63,630 nucleotides of DNA, filler included, from Octopus bimaculoides (GCF_001194135.2; 5 parts of 4 records of this genome joined end to end with filler, not necessarily neighbours in it), one strand, 5' to 3'; positions 27,791 through 42,295 are shown, counted from the first letter of the whole stretch. The notes: a model not told the origin generated them from the sequence alone. Made by a program: numbers and translations.

Positions 27791-28282
27791 ATCCATCTAT
27801 CCGTCCGTCCATCCATCCATCGATTCATCCATCAATATTCACCTGAATCATCTGGATCAGCTAGGCTGTCTGGTGCCAAGTCGGCTCTGCTGGCCACAGC
27901 ATTTACTCCATTCCCCTCATCCTCTTGCCATTCTCTTCCACTTTGTTCCAAACATCTTTCTTAAATCCTCTTCCCACCTGATTAGAGGTCTTCCAAGTGG
28001 TCTCTTTTGTTCACACTGGTACCACTCAACAACTGCATGGGTCCACTGATTGTCTGTGAATCTTGCGACATGATTAGGCCCTCGTAGCTCTGCATGATGG
28101 TATTCTAGAGTAATACCACTTTTGTTGCTTGCTCATCTCTCTAATATATATCTACCCACTTAATGATGAACCACTTATAACCATCTTTGATAGGCTGCTT
28201 CAACACCACCTTTATTTCATTTCTGTACTTTTGGTAAAGCTGAAAAAATCTTCACAAACTGTTACTCAATTATATGTTATCA

Positions 28283-28389
28283 TTTGTTGGGCAGTTGTGA
28301 TCACACTAAATTAAAACTGTGAAACTGTGATGTAATACTACATGTACCATCACAATTTTAATTTAGTATGCTCACAACTATCTGACAAA
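28283..28389. repeat. Short foldback (inverted repeat) element
   Basis: GTTGTGATCACACTAAATTAAAACTGTGA versus the reverse complement of TCACAATTTTAATTTAGTATGCTCACAAC (26/29), extendable outward. Confidence 0.7.
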
Positions 28390-28544
28390 CAGTAATGTAA
28401 AATTTTGAGTAACAATTGCTGAAGATTTTTTTCAGCTTTAATAAAAGCATATTATTCTACCTTTAGTAATCAAATACTAATTTTTTTCCAACTTGTTTTG
28501 CATTTATGTGCTTGCTTGTGTAAGTATACATATATATATATAGC

Positions 28545-28752
28545 ATGATCGTTGCTAGCGCCACTGGACTGGCTCCAGTGCAGGTGGCATGTAAAATACA
28601 CCATTTTGAGCACGGCGGTTGCCAGTACTGCCTGTCTGGCCTTTGTGCCGATGGCATGTAAAAGCACCCACTACACTCTCGGAGTGGTTGGCGTTAGGAA
28701 GGGCATCCAGCTGCAGAAAATCCGCCAAATCAGATTGGAGCCTGGTGTAGCC
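28545..28752 (+). mobile_element. Family C repeat
   Basis: AAAAGCACCCACTACACTCTCGGAGTGGTTGGCGTTAGGAAGGGCATCCAGCTG. Confidence 0.7.
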
Positions 28753-28829
28753 ATATATATATATACACATATATATACACACATACATATACACATATAT
28801 ATATACACATATATATAAACATATATATA

Positions 28830-30105
28830 TCAGGCTGGTGCAAAAGTAATGTCCGATTTCAAGAAAAATGTCTCAGAGCGAATTTATCAATTTTTTAACC
28901 CCTTCTTATAGTTTCAAGATATCTCTGTGTCTAATTTGTATTATTTTCTTTAAGATCATCTAACATCTGGCCATAATTCTCAGAAAATTTTACCACCGTG
29001 TTTATCCCATCTAAAGAATACATAAGAAATGTTTTACTCTACAAGTTTCATAAAGGTGTTAATGCAAGTGTGGCAGCAAGATCTATTCAGAGCACTTATG
29101 GGGATGATTTATTGAATGAAAGAAGTTGCAGGAGGTGGTTTTCCCATTTCTGAAGTGGTGATTTCATTTTGAAAAAAGAGCCAAAAGAGGGTCGTCCAAA
29201 AAACTTGATTCCGAAATGTTAGAAGCTCTTATTTCAGAGAACCCTACCATTACCACTAGGGAACTTGCAGAACAGATAAACATGACCCATACAACTGTGG
29301 TACACCAGCTAAAACACATTGGAAAGGTTTTAGTGGCTGGGAAATGAATCCCTCACGAGCTGTCACCAGAGAATCGACAACAGCATACTGCCTGTTGTCG
29401 TCAATCATTGCTTTTGGAACACTTTCAAGCAACATTTTTAGACAGGCTCATTACAGGTGATGAGAAGTGGATTCTTTACCATAATGTTAAATGCTGCCAT
29501 TCTTGGATCAGCCAAGGAGGATGACCAGTTCAACAACCAAGAGAAGGACTTCATTCAAAGAAAATCATGTTGAGTGTATGGTAGGATATTAAAGGAGTAA
29601 TCCATTATGAACTGTTGAACAACACCAGACAATTAATGCTAATCTTTACTGTGAGCAACTTTGTCATTTGCAAACAGTTCTGAGCCAAAACCGAGCATCC
29701 TTGGTTAATAGAAAGTATGTCATCTTCCATCATGATAATGCTCGTCCTCACACAGCTCGACTGACCAAAACTCTCTTGGAAGAACTTGGTTGGGAAATAC
29801 TGCCTCATCCTCCATATTCTCCTGACCTTGCTCCTTCTGATTACCATTTGTTCCGAGGACTACAGAACCATCTTGATGGACTTAGGTTAGCAACAAGAGA
29901 AGAGACTGAAAACGTGTTGCATTCATAGTTTGGTTCTAAACCTACAGAATTTTACAAGCGAGGCATTTATAAGGTTGTTGAAAGATGGAATGAAGTCACT
30001 GAAAGCAATGGAGAGTGTGTTAATGAATAAATATTTCCATAGTCATTGGCTTATTCATTTTTACCTTAGATCTTTAAATCGGACATTACTTTTGCGCCAA
30101 CCTGA
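28830..30105 (+). mobile_element. Full-length inactive mariner (DD34D), 1276 bp
   Basis: 30-bp TIRs TCAGG(C/T)TGG(T/C)GCAAAAGTAATGTCCGATTT (28/30) with TA on both sides. FLDRLITGDEKW and HDNARPH...YSPDLAPSD have 34 residues between D2 and D3; several stops. Confidence 0.95.
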
Positions 30106-30746
30106 TATATATATATATATATTTACACATATACACACAATCATACACACATATATACACACACCTATAATATNNNNNNNNNNNNNNNNNNNNNNNNNNN
30201 NNNNNNNNNNNNNNNNNNNNNNNNNNNNNNNNNNNNNNNNNNNNNNNNNNNNNNNNNNNNNNNNNNNNNNNNNNNNNNNNNNNNNNNNNNNNNNNNNNNN
30301 NNNNNNNNNNNNNNNNNNNNNNNNNNNNNNNNNNNNNNNNNNNNNNNNNNNNNNNNNNNNNNNNNNNNNNNNNNNNNNNNNNNNNNNNNNNNNNNNNNNN
30401 NNNNNNNNNNNNNNNNNNNNNNNNNNNNNNNNNNNNNNNNNNNNNNNNNNNNNNNNNNNNNNNNNNNNNNNNNNNNNNNNNNNNNNNNNNNNNNNNNNNN
30501 NNNNNNNNNNNNNNNNNNNNNNNNNNNNNNNNNNNNNNNNNNNNNNNNNNNNNNNNNNNNNNNNNNNNNNNNNNNNNNNNNNNNNNNNNNNNNNNNNNNN
30601 NNNNNNNNNNNNNNNNNNNNNNNNNNNNNNNNNNNNNNNNNNNNNNNNNNNNNNNNNNNNNNNNNNNNNNNNNNNNNNNNNNNNNNNNNNNNNNNNNNNN
30701 NNNNNNNNNNNNNNNNNNNNNNNNNNNNNNNNNNNNNNNNNNNNNN

Positions 30747-30781
<35 letters not shown>

Positions 30782-30786
30782 CTCTC

Positions 30787-30826
<40 letters not shown>

Positions 30827-30840
30827 CCTATCTATCTATC

Positions 30841-30873
<33 letters not shown>

Positions 30874-30927
30874 ATATACATATACATATGTGTGTGTGTA
30901 TGTATATGTGAATGTGTATGTATGCAT

Positions 30928-31229
30928 TCTTTTATTCATTTACTTGTTCCAGTCGTTTGACTGCGGCCCTGCTGGAGCACTGCCTTTAGTCGAACAAATC
31001 GACCTCAGGACTTATTATCTGTAAGCCTCGTACTTATTTTAACAGTCTCTTTTGCCAAGCCACTAAGTTACAGGGACGTAAACACACCAACATCAGTTGT
31101 CAAGCAATGGTGCGGGGACAAATGCAGACACACACACACACACACACATACATATATTCAATGGGCTTCTTTTAGTTTCTGTCAACCAAATCACTCACAA
31201 ACTTTGGTCAGCCTGAGACTATAGTAGAA
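30928..31229 (-). mobile_element. SINE family B
   Basis: CAGTCGTTTGACTGCGGCC...GCCAAGCCACTAAGTTAC...TAGTAGAAG, shared with 47635, 49095 and 58030-58945. Confidence 0.75.
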
Positions 31230-31481
31230 GCAGTGGTGGTGGTGGTGGTGATGCTGCTGCTGCTGATGATGATGATGCTACTGCTGCTGCTGGTGATGGT
31301 GACGATAATGATGAGGATAATGAAGATATATTCATTCATTCATAATAAGTCCCAGTTGAGCACTGAGTCAATATGATCAACTTACCTTCTCCCCTGAAAT
31401 TACTGGCCTTGTGCCAAAATTTGAAACCAGTATCATCATCATCATCATCATCATCATCACCACCACCACCACCACCATCAC

Positions 31482-31523
<42 letters not shown>

Positions 31524-31743
31524 TATCATTTACCGCCCGTTTTCCATGCTGGTATGGGTTGAACAGTTTGACAAGAGCTGGTAAGCCAAGCCAGAGGACT
31601 GCATCAAGTTTCATTGTCTGTTTTGACAAGGTTTTTTCAGCTGGATGCCCTTCCTAATGCCAACCACTTTATAGAGTGGACTAATAGCTTAATAATAATA
31701 ATAATAATAATAATAATGATAATAGTAATAATTATAATAATAA

Positions 31744-34700
31744 GTGCTACTTAGAAAGTGAACTTAAAAGAAGGGGCTATAGAAAATGGATGTTAACACT
31801 TTGGGTAGAGAAGGGTGTGTTTAAAGTGACTGAGCAGCGATTAGTTGATCAAGCTAATGTTATTCGGAGGAGAAAGGGGCTGATAGATTTGGAGGCAGAA
31901 GAAATCACAAGAGATCTGGAAAAGAAAGACCAGGCAGTAGGAAAGACAAACAACAACAGAAGAGATATAGCTCAAACCAAAGAAGAATCTAAAGAAAAAA
32001 ATTATAGCGCTACCAATAAGGAAGAGACAACTGATTTAAGTGATCTAAGTGAGGAAGATCAGAAGATTTTAGATGAGTTGCAGGAAGTAATGAGTAAAGT
32101 AATAAGAAAAAGATTGTCAGCATTAAAAGGCATCAACAGAAGGAAGCTGCTAGAAATGACTAGGAAGGTAGATTCTGTTAGCAGTAGGATAGATACGAAA
32201 AATATAGGAGACACTAATTTACTGATCTATGCAGGAGGGATAGTAGTCACCAGAAGATTAGATATCTCATGGGGAAAGATTAAAAAAGAGTAAATGTGGA
32301 AAAGAAAGTGAAGACTTTTAGACAAGCCTGGAAATTGAACAAGTTAGGAAACACAAGATGAAGATCTTCCCTCAAGAAAAGATACTTAGTCAAAGAGAAA
32401 GGATTTGGGACTGTAATAGAAGAGTTGAAACAGTGTATCATAGCAGTAGCAGGAGAGCTCTCCAGGTATCAGAAAAGAATAGATCAGTATCAACAGAATA
32501 GATTATTTGAGACAGACCAGAGTAGATTTTATAACTAAATAAATAGTGGAGAACGAAATACTGAAAAGAAGAAACCTAATGCAGAAGAAGCTAGAAAGTT
32601 CTGGAGTAATATTTGGGATAAGCCAGTCAATCATAATGAAGATGCAGTATGGTTAAAGAAAGTGAGGGAAGAAGTAGTGAGTGAGAAACAGCCAGATCTA
32701 AGATTAACTAGTGCATTGATGAGTAAAGTGTTAGGAAAAATGGCGAATTAGAAGGACCCAAGACCGTATTTAGTTCAAGAGTACTGGCTAAAGAAATTTA
32801 GTTTACATGGGAGGCTGAGGGAACAACTTCAGGATTGCCTTAATGGAGGAATAATACCAGATTGGATGACTAGAGGGAGGACAATACTCATTAAGAAAGA
32901 TAAGAGCAAGGGTAATACAGCTAGCAGCTATAGACCAATCACTTGCTTACCATTAGTGCAGAAGCTGTTAGAAGGAATGCTTTCAGAAAGCTTTTACGAC
33001 CACCTTAACAACCAGAATTTACTACCAGAAGAACAAAAAGGTTACAGGAAAAGGCTAGAGGAACGCATGATCTTTTTATACATAGACAAAGCCGTTCTAA
33101 ATGAAGTAAAAGTTAGAAAGAAAAATCTAACCAGAGCATGGATAGCTTATAGGAAAGCCTATGACATGATCCCACACTTATAGATAAGTGAATGTTTGAG
33201 TATATTCAGTATATCAGACAACATAAGTGAATTAATTAGCTGAAGCAATGGAAAGAAGATCTCTACTCAGGTAACACACTCTTAGGGAAAGTTAATATCA
33301 AAAGAAAAATTTTCCGGGGGCACTTGTTGTCCCCTTTAATATTTGTCTTATGTTTGATCCCCCTCAGTTTAGTATTAAGGAATGCAAAGCAGGGTATCAG
33401 TTCAGAAACAGTAAGGGGAAAATTAACCATTTGCTCTACATAGATGATCTGAAGCTTTTTAATAAGAATGAAAAATAGATAGATTCCTTAATACAGACTG
33501 TAAGACTCTTCAGCAAAGATATAGGCATGGAATTTGGCATAGATAAGTGTGCAATATTAGTCGTGAGAATGGGACAGATAGTCAATAGTGAAGGCATCCA
33601 ATTACCAGATGGCCAGACATTAAAATCATTGAATGGAGGAGAGAGTTATAAGTATCTAGGAATATTAGAACCTGACAGGGTACTAATTACAGAAATGAAA
33701 ACGAAAATTGAGAAGGAGTACCTCAGAAGAGTGAGGAAGCTAATGAAGTCAAAGCTAAATGGTCCAAATCTAGTGAATGCTGTAAATTCTTGGGCAATGT
33801 CATTATTTAGATACTCAGCAGCTTTTGTAGATTGGACAAAAACTGAATTAGCAAAGCTAGACAGAAGAACTAGGAAGGAATTCAATATGAATGAAGATTA
33901 TAACTGCCTAGAAAATGAATGCAGAAGAGAGCTGATATCAGTAGAAGACTGTGTGGAATTAAGTAGAGTAGATATAGACTCCTATGTAGGTAATAGTGAA
34001 GAAAGTTTATTAAAAGCTGCTAGAGTCACAGCAAGACATAGGGAAACCAAAAACCCAAACGAAGTTAAAAACCAGAAAAAAGAACAGAAATTATCTGACT
34101 GGCAGGAGGAGGCATTGCATGGTAGACTCCCAAAGATAGTTGCAACAAATAGTAGCAGTGAGACATGGTTATGGCTGCAGAAAGGAAGGCTGAAAAGGGA
34201 GACAGAACGTTTGTTAGTAGCTGCACAAGATCAAGCATTAAGGACTAATTCGATAAAAGCCAAAATAGCCAAAAACCAAGTAGAATCCTACTGTAGATTA
34301 TGCAAATTAAAAGAGGAAAGCATTACTCACATAGTAAGTGAATGTAGCATGCTGGCACAGAAAGAATTCAAGAAAAGACATGACAATCTAGGGAGAGTAA
34401 TCCACTGGGAGGTATGTAGAAAGCTAGGATTTGAACACACTGATAAATGGTATGAGCATGAACCTAGTAAAGTACTAGAAAGTAAGGAATATAAGATGGT
34501 GTAGGACATCAACATTCAGACTGACAGAGTAATAGAAGCTAGAAGGCCTGATTTGGTAGTAGTAGATAAAAAGAATAGAAAGTGCCAGATAATTGACTTT
34601 ACAGTCTCAAATGATGAAAAAATTAATATGAGAAGTATAGAAAAAATAGCAAAGTACCAGGACTTAGCTACTGAATTACAGAGACTATGAAATGTGTGAG

Positions 34701-34970
34701 TAAAATTTATCCCAGTAAGCTATAGGTGCTTTGGGAACTATCCCTAAAGATCTGAACAGATGGATAGAGGAAATAGGCATGAAATCCAGTTCAGTACAGC
34801 TCCAGTAAACAGTATTATTAGGGACAGATAGGATACTTAGGAGAGTTCTTGGTATCTAAGGTTATTTGTTGTTGCCTGATAGAAGGGTTCTTGGCATCTA
34901 TGGTTACCTGTTGTAACCCAGTGTTGGGATTTTTTCTTTTCCAACAGTCTAATCTATTGAGTGTATATGA
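31744..34970 (+). mobile_element. R4/Dong-type non-LTR retrotransposon (RT + CCHC + restriction-like endonuclease), 5'-truncated, decayed
   Basis: GYRKWM...EQRLVDQA; YRPITCLP; AYRKAYDMIPH; INHLLYIDDLKLF; MEFGIDKC; YKYLG; CRLC...HIVSEC; RHDNL; RRPDLVVVDK..IIDF..EKIAKY. Flanked by (TAA)n at 31690-31743 and 34971-34980. Confidence 0.92.
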
Positions 34971-34984
34971 TAATAATAATCGTT

Positions 34985-35413
34985 TCTACTAAAGGCACAA
35001 GGCCTGAAATTTTAGTAAAGGAGACTAGTCGATTACATCGACCCCAGTGTTTCGGTGGTACTTAATTTATCAACCCTCGGCGGATTTGAACTCAGAATGT
35101 AAAGCCAGAGGAAACGCCTCTATGCATTTTGCCCAGCATGCCAACAATTCTGTCAGCTCACTGCCTTAATAATGATAACAACAAAAACAATGGCAGTAAG
35201 AATAATAGCTTCAAATTTTGGCACAAAGCCAGTGGTTTTGGGGGGAAGGGCCAGTTACATTGACCCTGGTACTCACCTGGGTTATTTTATCAACCTCAAA
35301 AGGATGGAAAGCAAAACATTATCTCAGTAGTATGTGAACTCAGAATGTAAAGTGTTGGAAGAAATGTTACTAAAGATTTTGTCCAATGTGCCAGTGATTC
35401 TGCCAACCCACCT
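34985..35413 (-). mobile_element. Two tandem SINE family A copies
   Basis: Two reverse copies, about 34985-35168 and 35210-35413. Confidence 0.75.
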
Positions 35414-36415
35414 ATATTAATGATGATGATGACAACAACAACAATAAGGATGATGATGATGACAGTAATGATGACGATGACGATGATGATGGCAATGACG
35501 ATGATGACAATGATGATGACAATGATGATGTTGATGATGACTACGCTGCCACCATTTACGCCGATGACAATGACAATGACAACAATGGCAATGATGATGA
35601 TGATGATGATGGTGATGAATGAATAATGTTTAAATTTGTAAAACAATCCAACCAATGGGAGCATAAGTACACATAGCTATTTACTGAGAGAAATGAAACA
35701 TTTGTCTTAATCCCCTGCTAATGTCAGTGATCTGCTTAATATCAAACCAGTTTGTTGACTTTTTACAGGGTTTAAAATAAAATATTTATTAATCCAACTA
35801 TTAGGTAAATATTCTCATTATAGGACTTGACAAAACCGTGCAGGAAGCTGTATCATCCGAAATACATAATATATTACTGTTGATTGAAACATTAGACAAT
35901 TTGGATGTGCTTATGCGTCCGTATGTGTTTATGAGCATATGTGCATGTCTTTATGCTTGTCTATATCTGTATTCAGGTATGTTTGTGTTTTGTTTTTAAT
36001 ATGTATGTTTATTATGTATTTTTTTCTGTATTTATATCTGTATCTAATTGTGTGTGTGCGTTTGTGTGTGTGAAGTGTTTCAATGTTTTATGTTTATACT
36101 TTTGAGTGTGCAAATATATTTGATCACTTGTGCATTTGTATTTGTTTGTGTGCAAGGTATGTGTGTATGCAAATGTATGTCAATGTGTATGAGTGTGGTA
36201 CATGTTTAAATGACTATCAATATGTGTTTGTATGCATGTGTGCTTGTACAAACAAATCATTCAAATATAAGTTCATATCCTTCATACACAGTGATTAACT
36301 AGTGTTTGGCTCAGTCTAACATCATAATAACTATCTTTGTCCTCAGGTTTCTTTTAGAGGGGTTAAATAACATATAATCACCCAAGCCAGGGTACATTGA
36401 AATAATACTTTCTGT

Positions 36416-36622
36416 TATAGACACAAAGCCTGAAATTTGGGGAGGAGGGGCCTAATCAATTACATTAACCCCAGTATTCAACTGGTACTTATTTTATCAA
36501 TCCTAAAAGGATGAAAGACAAAGTTGACCCCGGCAGAATTTGAACTTAGAATGTAAAAATGGACAAAATGCTGATAAGCAATTTGTCTGGCATGTTCCTG
36601 ATTCTCCCAGTTTGCCACCTTA
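36416..36622 (-). mobile_element. SINE family A
   Basis: Reverse copy with core GTACTTATTTTATC...GGATGAAAGACAAAGTTGACC. Confidence 0.75.
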
Positions 36623-36844
36623 TGGTACTCTGAAATAATAGGATGCAGCATGGTGGATGTGAACTAATTCAGCAAACGAACTTATTGAATCAATGGTGAA
36701 AATCATTAGATGCTAAGCAGATAAACAGACAACAAAATATTAACATTCAGGATTAACCAGTTTAGTTAGCGAATTACTACTATCATCTGTAGTTGTGGTT
36801 TCTGCAGATGAGATACTTTAGCTAGTAAAAGACCAATATGGCTA

Positions 36845-37090
36845 AAGCTCAGGCCAGACATTCATGCTGCATTGCCTGATCATGACATCTGGCGTGGAAG
36901 AGTTGCATTGGTCCAGGCAAGTCGCCTGACCAGATGATGATGCATGGTGTTAACTCTCCTCTGGCCAATCTATCCATATTTTCCCTGCAAATATTGATTT
37001 GAAGATTTTTGGGCAGCTTATCTATCATATTGATCTCTCCAGTCTGAGAGTTTGGAAACATCATGGGCTTTGCCCATCCTCCTCTGAAAA
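36845..37090 (-). mobile_element. Probable RTE LINE 3' fragment
   Basis: Minus-strand MMFPNSQTGEINMIDKL...MDRLARG...DQAMQHECL resembles degenerate RTE ORF ends; weak evidence. Confidence 0.4.
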
Positions 37091-37428
37091 ACTATGACAT
37101 TATCCTCTAACTATGACATTATCCTTTCTTTCTTTATTTATGAGTACCAACTAAGTATTGGTGCATCCATTTCTCTCTCCAACTCACATTCTCAATGTTC
37201 TGTTGAGTCAAGGGCAAGAAGGCCAGAATCTGTTCATGACTACATGGGCACCTAAAGCAATTAATGAAAGCATGGTACAATTGAATATGACCTGGCACAA
37301 TCTAACAGGTCATATGCATTGGCAAGAGATGGTTAAGCATGTAAGCATGTGGCTCATCTTTCATTGTTCTTGTGCTAGTCAACAGACGAGGGAAAAAGAT
37401 GTTTGCTATTTTTATAAATAATGTTTAA

Positions 37429-37862
37429 CTCCTAATCATTCAGATTACTCTGTCAAATGTAATGCTTATTTATTTACATTGGTTTGAATTAATTATGCAT
37501 TAACTCACACCTTCAATATTTTCAACGATGTAAGGCAGCAAGCTGGAAGAATGGTTAGTGGACCAGGCAAAATGCTCAGTGGCATTTCATCCATCTTTAC
37601 ATTTGAAGTTCAGATTCTGCCAAGATCAACTTTGCTTTTCATCCTTTCAGGGTTGATAAAATAAATACCAGTCAAGCACTTACCCGCTCCCATGAAATTG
37701 CTGGCCTTGTACCAAAATTCGAAACCAATATTTCAATGATGTGATAGTTTATTCTTAGAATAACATTGCAGGGTAGGTGTGAGAGGCTGGATCTGGCTCG
37801 TTTGAACATAAAACACAAGTAGAACATCTGAGCCAGATATGGCATGTTTAAATGCTAAAGGG
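37429..37862. mobile_element. piggyBac-type MITE with nested SINE A (about 37533-37728)
   Basis: TTAA at 37425-37428 and 37863-37866; right end ...AATGCTAAAGGG|TTAA, left end degenerate. Confidence 0.65.
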
Positions 37863-38974
37863 TTAAAACTGCTGTTAACACTTTTGTAAATTATTTCTAA
37901 CTACTGCTACTATTCATTTACTTCTTGTTTATTACAAGCTGGTTTTAACATATTCATATTAACATTACATAGAAAAAAAAATGCTAATTATGCTACCATG
38001 TTACATAATTAACTGACAATAGCATTGAATTAATTAACTTAAATAAATTTTAAAAGCAAAATTAAACATTTGAATTCAAGGAGACAAATGATGGTTTGTT
38101 TCAGGGAGAAGAAAGTACAATAAGTGAAATAAAAATTATCACTGAATGATGTTTTTTTGCCCCTTTATTTATATATTTTATCTAGTTTCCATTTTCTATG
38201 TTTACATGGATGGGGTGGTGTTTTGTTGGGGTATTAGTAGTTGTTATACTCATAATCAAAGTTATTCTAGCCATGAGTGTTTCATATTTTTCTTAAGCAT
38301 TGAATATCTTAACTCTTTTGCTGATACCCACCTGAAACTGCTCATGGTTCTTTGAAACAAATTCCTTGTTTTATAGTGACCTTAATTAACACCTTCCATC
38401 AAAAGTTCATGTTAATTTAGGTTCCAAACACCAGTATGTTCAAATCCATTTATCAGTATGTTCAAATCCTAGCTTTCTACATACCTTCCAGTGGATTACT
38501 CTCCCTAGATTGTCATGTCTTTTCTTGTATTTTACTAAATTTTTCATTATTTTCAAAATTAATTGAAACAAATGCAGTGTTTCAACAGAAACATAGTGAT
38601 AAACTATAGTCTTTCTTTATTTCAGGTATAAGGATGAAATTTGAGAGAGATTTGACTGCTTTATTTAGCAGGGTTAGTGACGATGGAAAGTCTTTCTTGG
38701 TAACTCATTGCTAGAGCAGTTTTTTTTTTTTAAAGCTGGCTGCCATTTCTACTGTTAACCACTCAACCATTATGTAGATGTAACACCTGCTTTTATCAGT
38801 CAAACTAACAGAACCCAAGTATAGCCTAGTATTATGTATCATGCTTTTATTAACTGTTTTAGGTATCAATGTGGTAATGGAGCAGACATAGAGACCCTCT
38901 TGGATCCCTACTTCATTTTTAAACCCATTAAAATATCCAGGTTAGAGAGTTGCACCAGGACTTAGTTGGAACTA

Positions 38975-39834
38975 TTTGGTTGTTCGGAAAATACTGTCCG
39001 ATTTAAGAAATTTTGTTTTCGATTTGTAGTGCTTTAGACAAAATTTTACATGCTTAATAACTGATGTGTACTCTTTAATAAATTTTTATTGATTCCTTTC
39101 AGAATATAATTTTGAAGCATAGAAATCCTTAATTTCAAACATGAAAAAAGAAGAAATGCATTTACTTTTTTTGCCTGGATTCAAGCTTGAACATGATGCT
39201 TCCCAAACACCCGCCAATATCAACAGAGCATGGGGTGAAGTGTCCACTAGTGATCAGACGGTATGATGGTGGTTTGAGAGATTCCATAGTGGGGATGAAA
39301 GCCTCGAAGGTCAAGAAGGTAGGGAACATCCATCCACCCTTGATAATCAGCATTTGAAAACAACAGTTGAACAAAACCCATGACAAAGTGTCAGAGAAAT
39401 GTCTCATAAGTTTGGTGTCAGTGTTTACTTGAGCAAAATGAGACCTGCACTTGTTAATTGATGTGGTCCAATTCTGCCCCATTCCAAGATGACACTGCAG
39501 AAGCTCACAAACTTGGCATACAAGACTTTACCACATCCTCCATATTCTCCTGATCTTTCACCCACCATCCACCACTTTTTCAAGCATCTAGAAACTTTTT
39601 TAAGGCAAAATACTTTCCGTTCCAAAACCAAGACCAAAACTGAATTTAAGGATTTCTTGGCATCAAAACCTTTGGATTTTTATTGAAGAGGCATAAATGA
39701 CCTTGTTAATCAATGGGAGAAATGCATAGCTGTTCAGGGATCATATTTTGAATAATTAAACCTTTGTATAAGTTCAATTTTTCAAGAATATAGACATATT
39801 TTAAAAATCAGCCATTATTTTCTGAACAAACTAA
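38975..39834 (+). mobile_element. Internally deleted mariner (860 bp)
   Basis: Degenerate 30-bp TIRs (about 23/30) with TA flanks; HTH fragment joined to TLQKLTNLAYKTLPHPPYSPDLSPT. Confidence 0.85.
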
Positions 39835-42295
39835 TAATTCCGGCTGACTAAATTGAAACAATATGACATGAAATGCTTTGTTCAAGAATAAAATGTGCTG
39901 CCTTCTCAGGATTGAACCTATGACTTTATGATCATGAACCAAACTCTCTAACCACTAGACCATGCACCTTCAGACCAGAACCAAAGAGATTATATGGATT
40001 ATTGTTTGAGAGGCACAATAGAATGGCTTACACAGGGTAAAGTTGATTAACTATTAACCTGTCAATGTTGTTGTTTAGCCCTAGGTCAAACTTATAGTCG
40101 AAGTCATTTCATCCATAATTGACCATCTTTCTTCTTGTCATAGTGCACTCTGGAATACATTATCCAATGTACTCTTCTTCTCTAAGAGAATAGGGTGTGA
40201 TTTGAGGAAGATTTGGTTGTTATTTCTTGCAAGTCAAGACTCCACTTAGTAGCTCAGTAATTGACTCATTGTTGTGGTTGTTTAAGTCATATGTCAGCCC
40301 TGATCAAACAGACCTATGCTCAAAGAATTCCAACCATGACCATCCCATCTTTTCCTGTATATATACAGAACCTAGAAAACCCATAATCTAATGTGCTCTT
40401 TTCGAAGATGGTGGAATTTTATTCAAGAGATTTAGCTGTTATTTCTAGCAGACTGACTGATCAAAAATGGCCTGTCACGTTGGCTCAAATGACACATTGG
40501 TGTCTCATATATGGAATCAGTTATGACTCAACATTCAAAGTAGATTTCAGTTCATAGTGACAAAGCATCAATGAAAGAAAAAAACACCTATGAAAATGAT
40601 TTAACAGTCCTTCAGTGCTTGGTGTTGGTGGTGGTAGTGTTGATGGTGGTGGTGGTGGTGGCAGTGATGGTGGTGGCAGTGGTGGTGGTGGCAGTTGCTG
40701 TGGTAGTGGTGGTGTTGGTGGTGGTGTTGTGTTTCTAGTGGATGATAGTAGCAGTGATGATTGGTAACATGATAGTAGTAGTAGAGAAGATGGTATCAGT
40801 GTTGGTAGTGNNNNNNNNNNNNNNNNNNNNNNNNNNNNNNNNNNNNNNNNNNNNNNNNNNNNNNNNNNNNNNNNNNNNNNNNNNNNNNNNNNNNNNNNNN
40901 NNNNNNNNNNNNNNNNNNNNNNNNNNNNNNNNNNNNNNNNNNNNNNNNNNNNNNNNNNNNNNNNNNNNNNNNNNNNNNNNNNNNNNNNNNNNNNNNNNNN
41001 NNNNNNNNNNNNNNNNNNNNNNNNNNNNNNNNNNNNNNNNNNNNNNNNNNNNNNNNNNNNNNNNNNNNNGTGGTCTTGATGGTAGTTGTGGTGGTGGTTG
41101 TGGTGGTAGTGGTTGTGGTGGTAGTGGTTGTGGTGGTGGTGGTGGTAATGGCAGAGTGATGGTGGTGATGGTGATGGTGATGGTGATGATGGTAGTGTCA
41201 CAGAACAGTGGTGATAGTGATGGTCATGGTGGTGGTAGTAGTGGTGGTGGTGGTGGTGATGGCAATGGCAGTGATAACAGCAGTAGTAGCACAGTTAAAC
41301 CATAAAAGAAAGGTAAAAACAAAAAAAAAACCATCAGAAACTCAGTGATATGTCTGCAACATGTTTGATCTCACAACCAATGAGCTGTTAGTTCTCTAAT
41401 TCTTCATTTTAACCATTTTGTCTTTATGCTTTCTCTGCCCTCTCTTTTCTTGTGCCATGTCTACAGGCATTCGTCATCATGGATCTTCGTGTCAAAGTCT
41501 GAAGATACATATGATTTTTTTTTGGTGAACTATACATTACCTTCTTCTTGCTGGTTTATTTACAGTTTATCCAACTAGTCTTCTACTCTCCCAAGCTTAT
41601 CCTTGAGGCACAGGGCCGATTTAACTTTCAGACAGAGAAAGTAGTTCTTGAAATACCATAGCATGTCCACACAATGGTGGATCTGTATGACACATGTCTA
41701 GGGGCCCAGCTCTTCTCTGAGTTTTGTATACTTTATCCACAAGACTATGCTCTGTTACTTGACATATAACTGAGGCTCTTGCAGGTACTGCCACTCCAGG
41801 TCAAAGTGGACCTGGGTGTAATGTTGTCTAAGGTCTAATTCCATATTTCTCAGAACTCGTGAACAGGGCCAGTGCTAGGACTTGGAGGGCCCAATTAGAG
41901 AATCGTCAGTAGGGCTTTCTACTCTACAAGAAAAAAATGAAAATTTATGTTTTGTGCTTTGTACAGTACATCAGTCCCAGCTGAAAAAGTGTTGAGCACT
42001 TAAGACTTCACCATTAACCTCAATGATATTCTAGAAAATTCATCATAGTGTCCTCCACTTGAACATATGTGTGAGCCCCTCTCTTAGCACAGGGCCCATT
42101 TTGAACAAATCTATCTAATCGACTTAACATCAACCCTGCTCATGATCACCCAAGCTAGAATTTCATCACCAGCTGCAGTTTAATGTCTTGTCCAGGGCCT
42201 ACTCCATGTTTTACAGTTTTAAGACATGTTTCCATTTTATAGCAAGACACCTATCCTCATTCTTTCTATAATATTCACTTAGTACATCTGCATAT

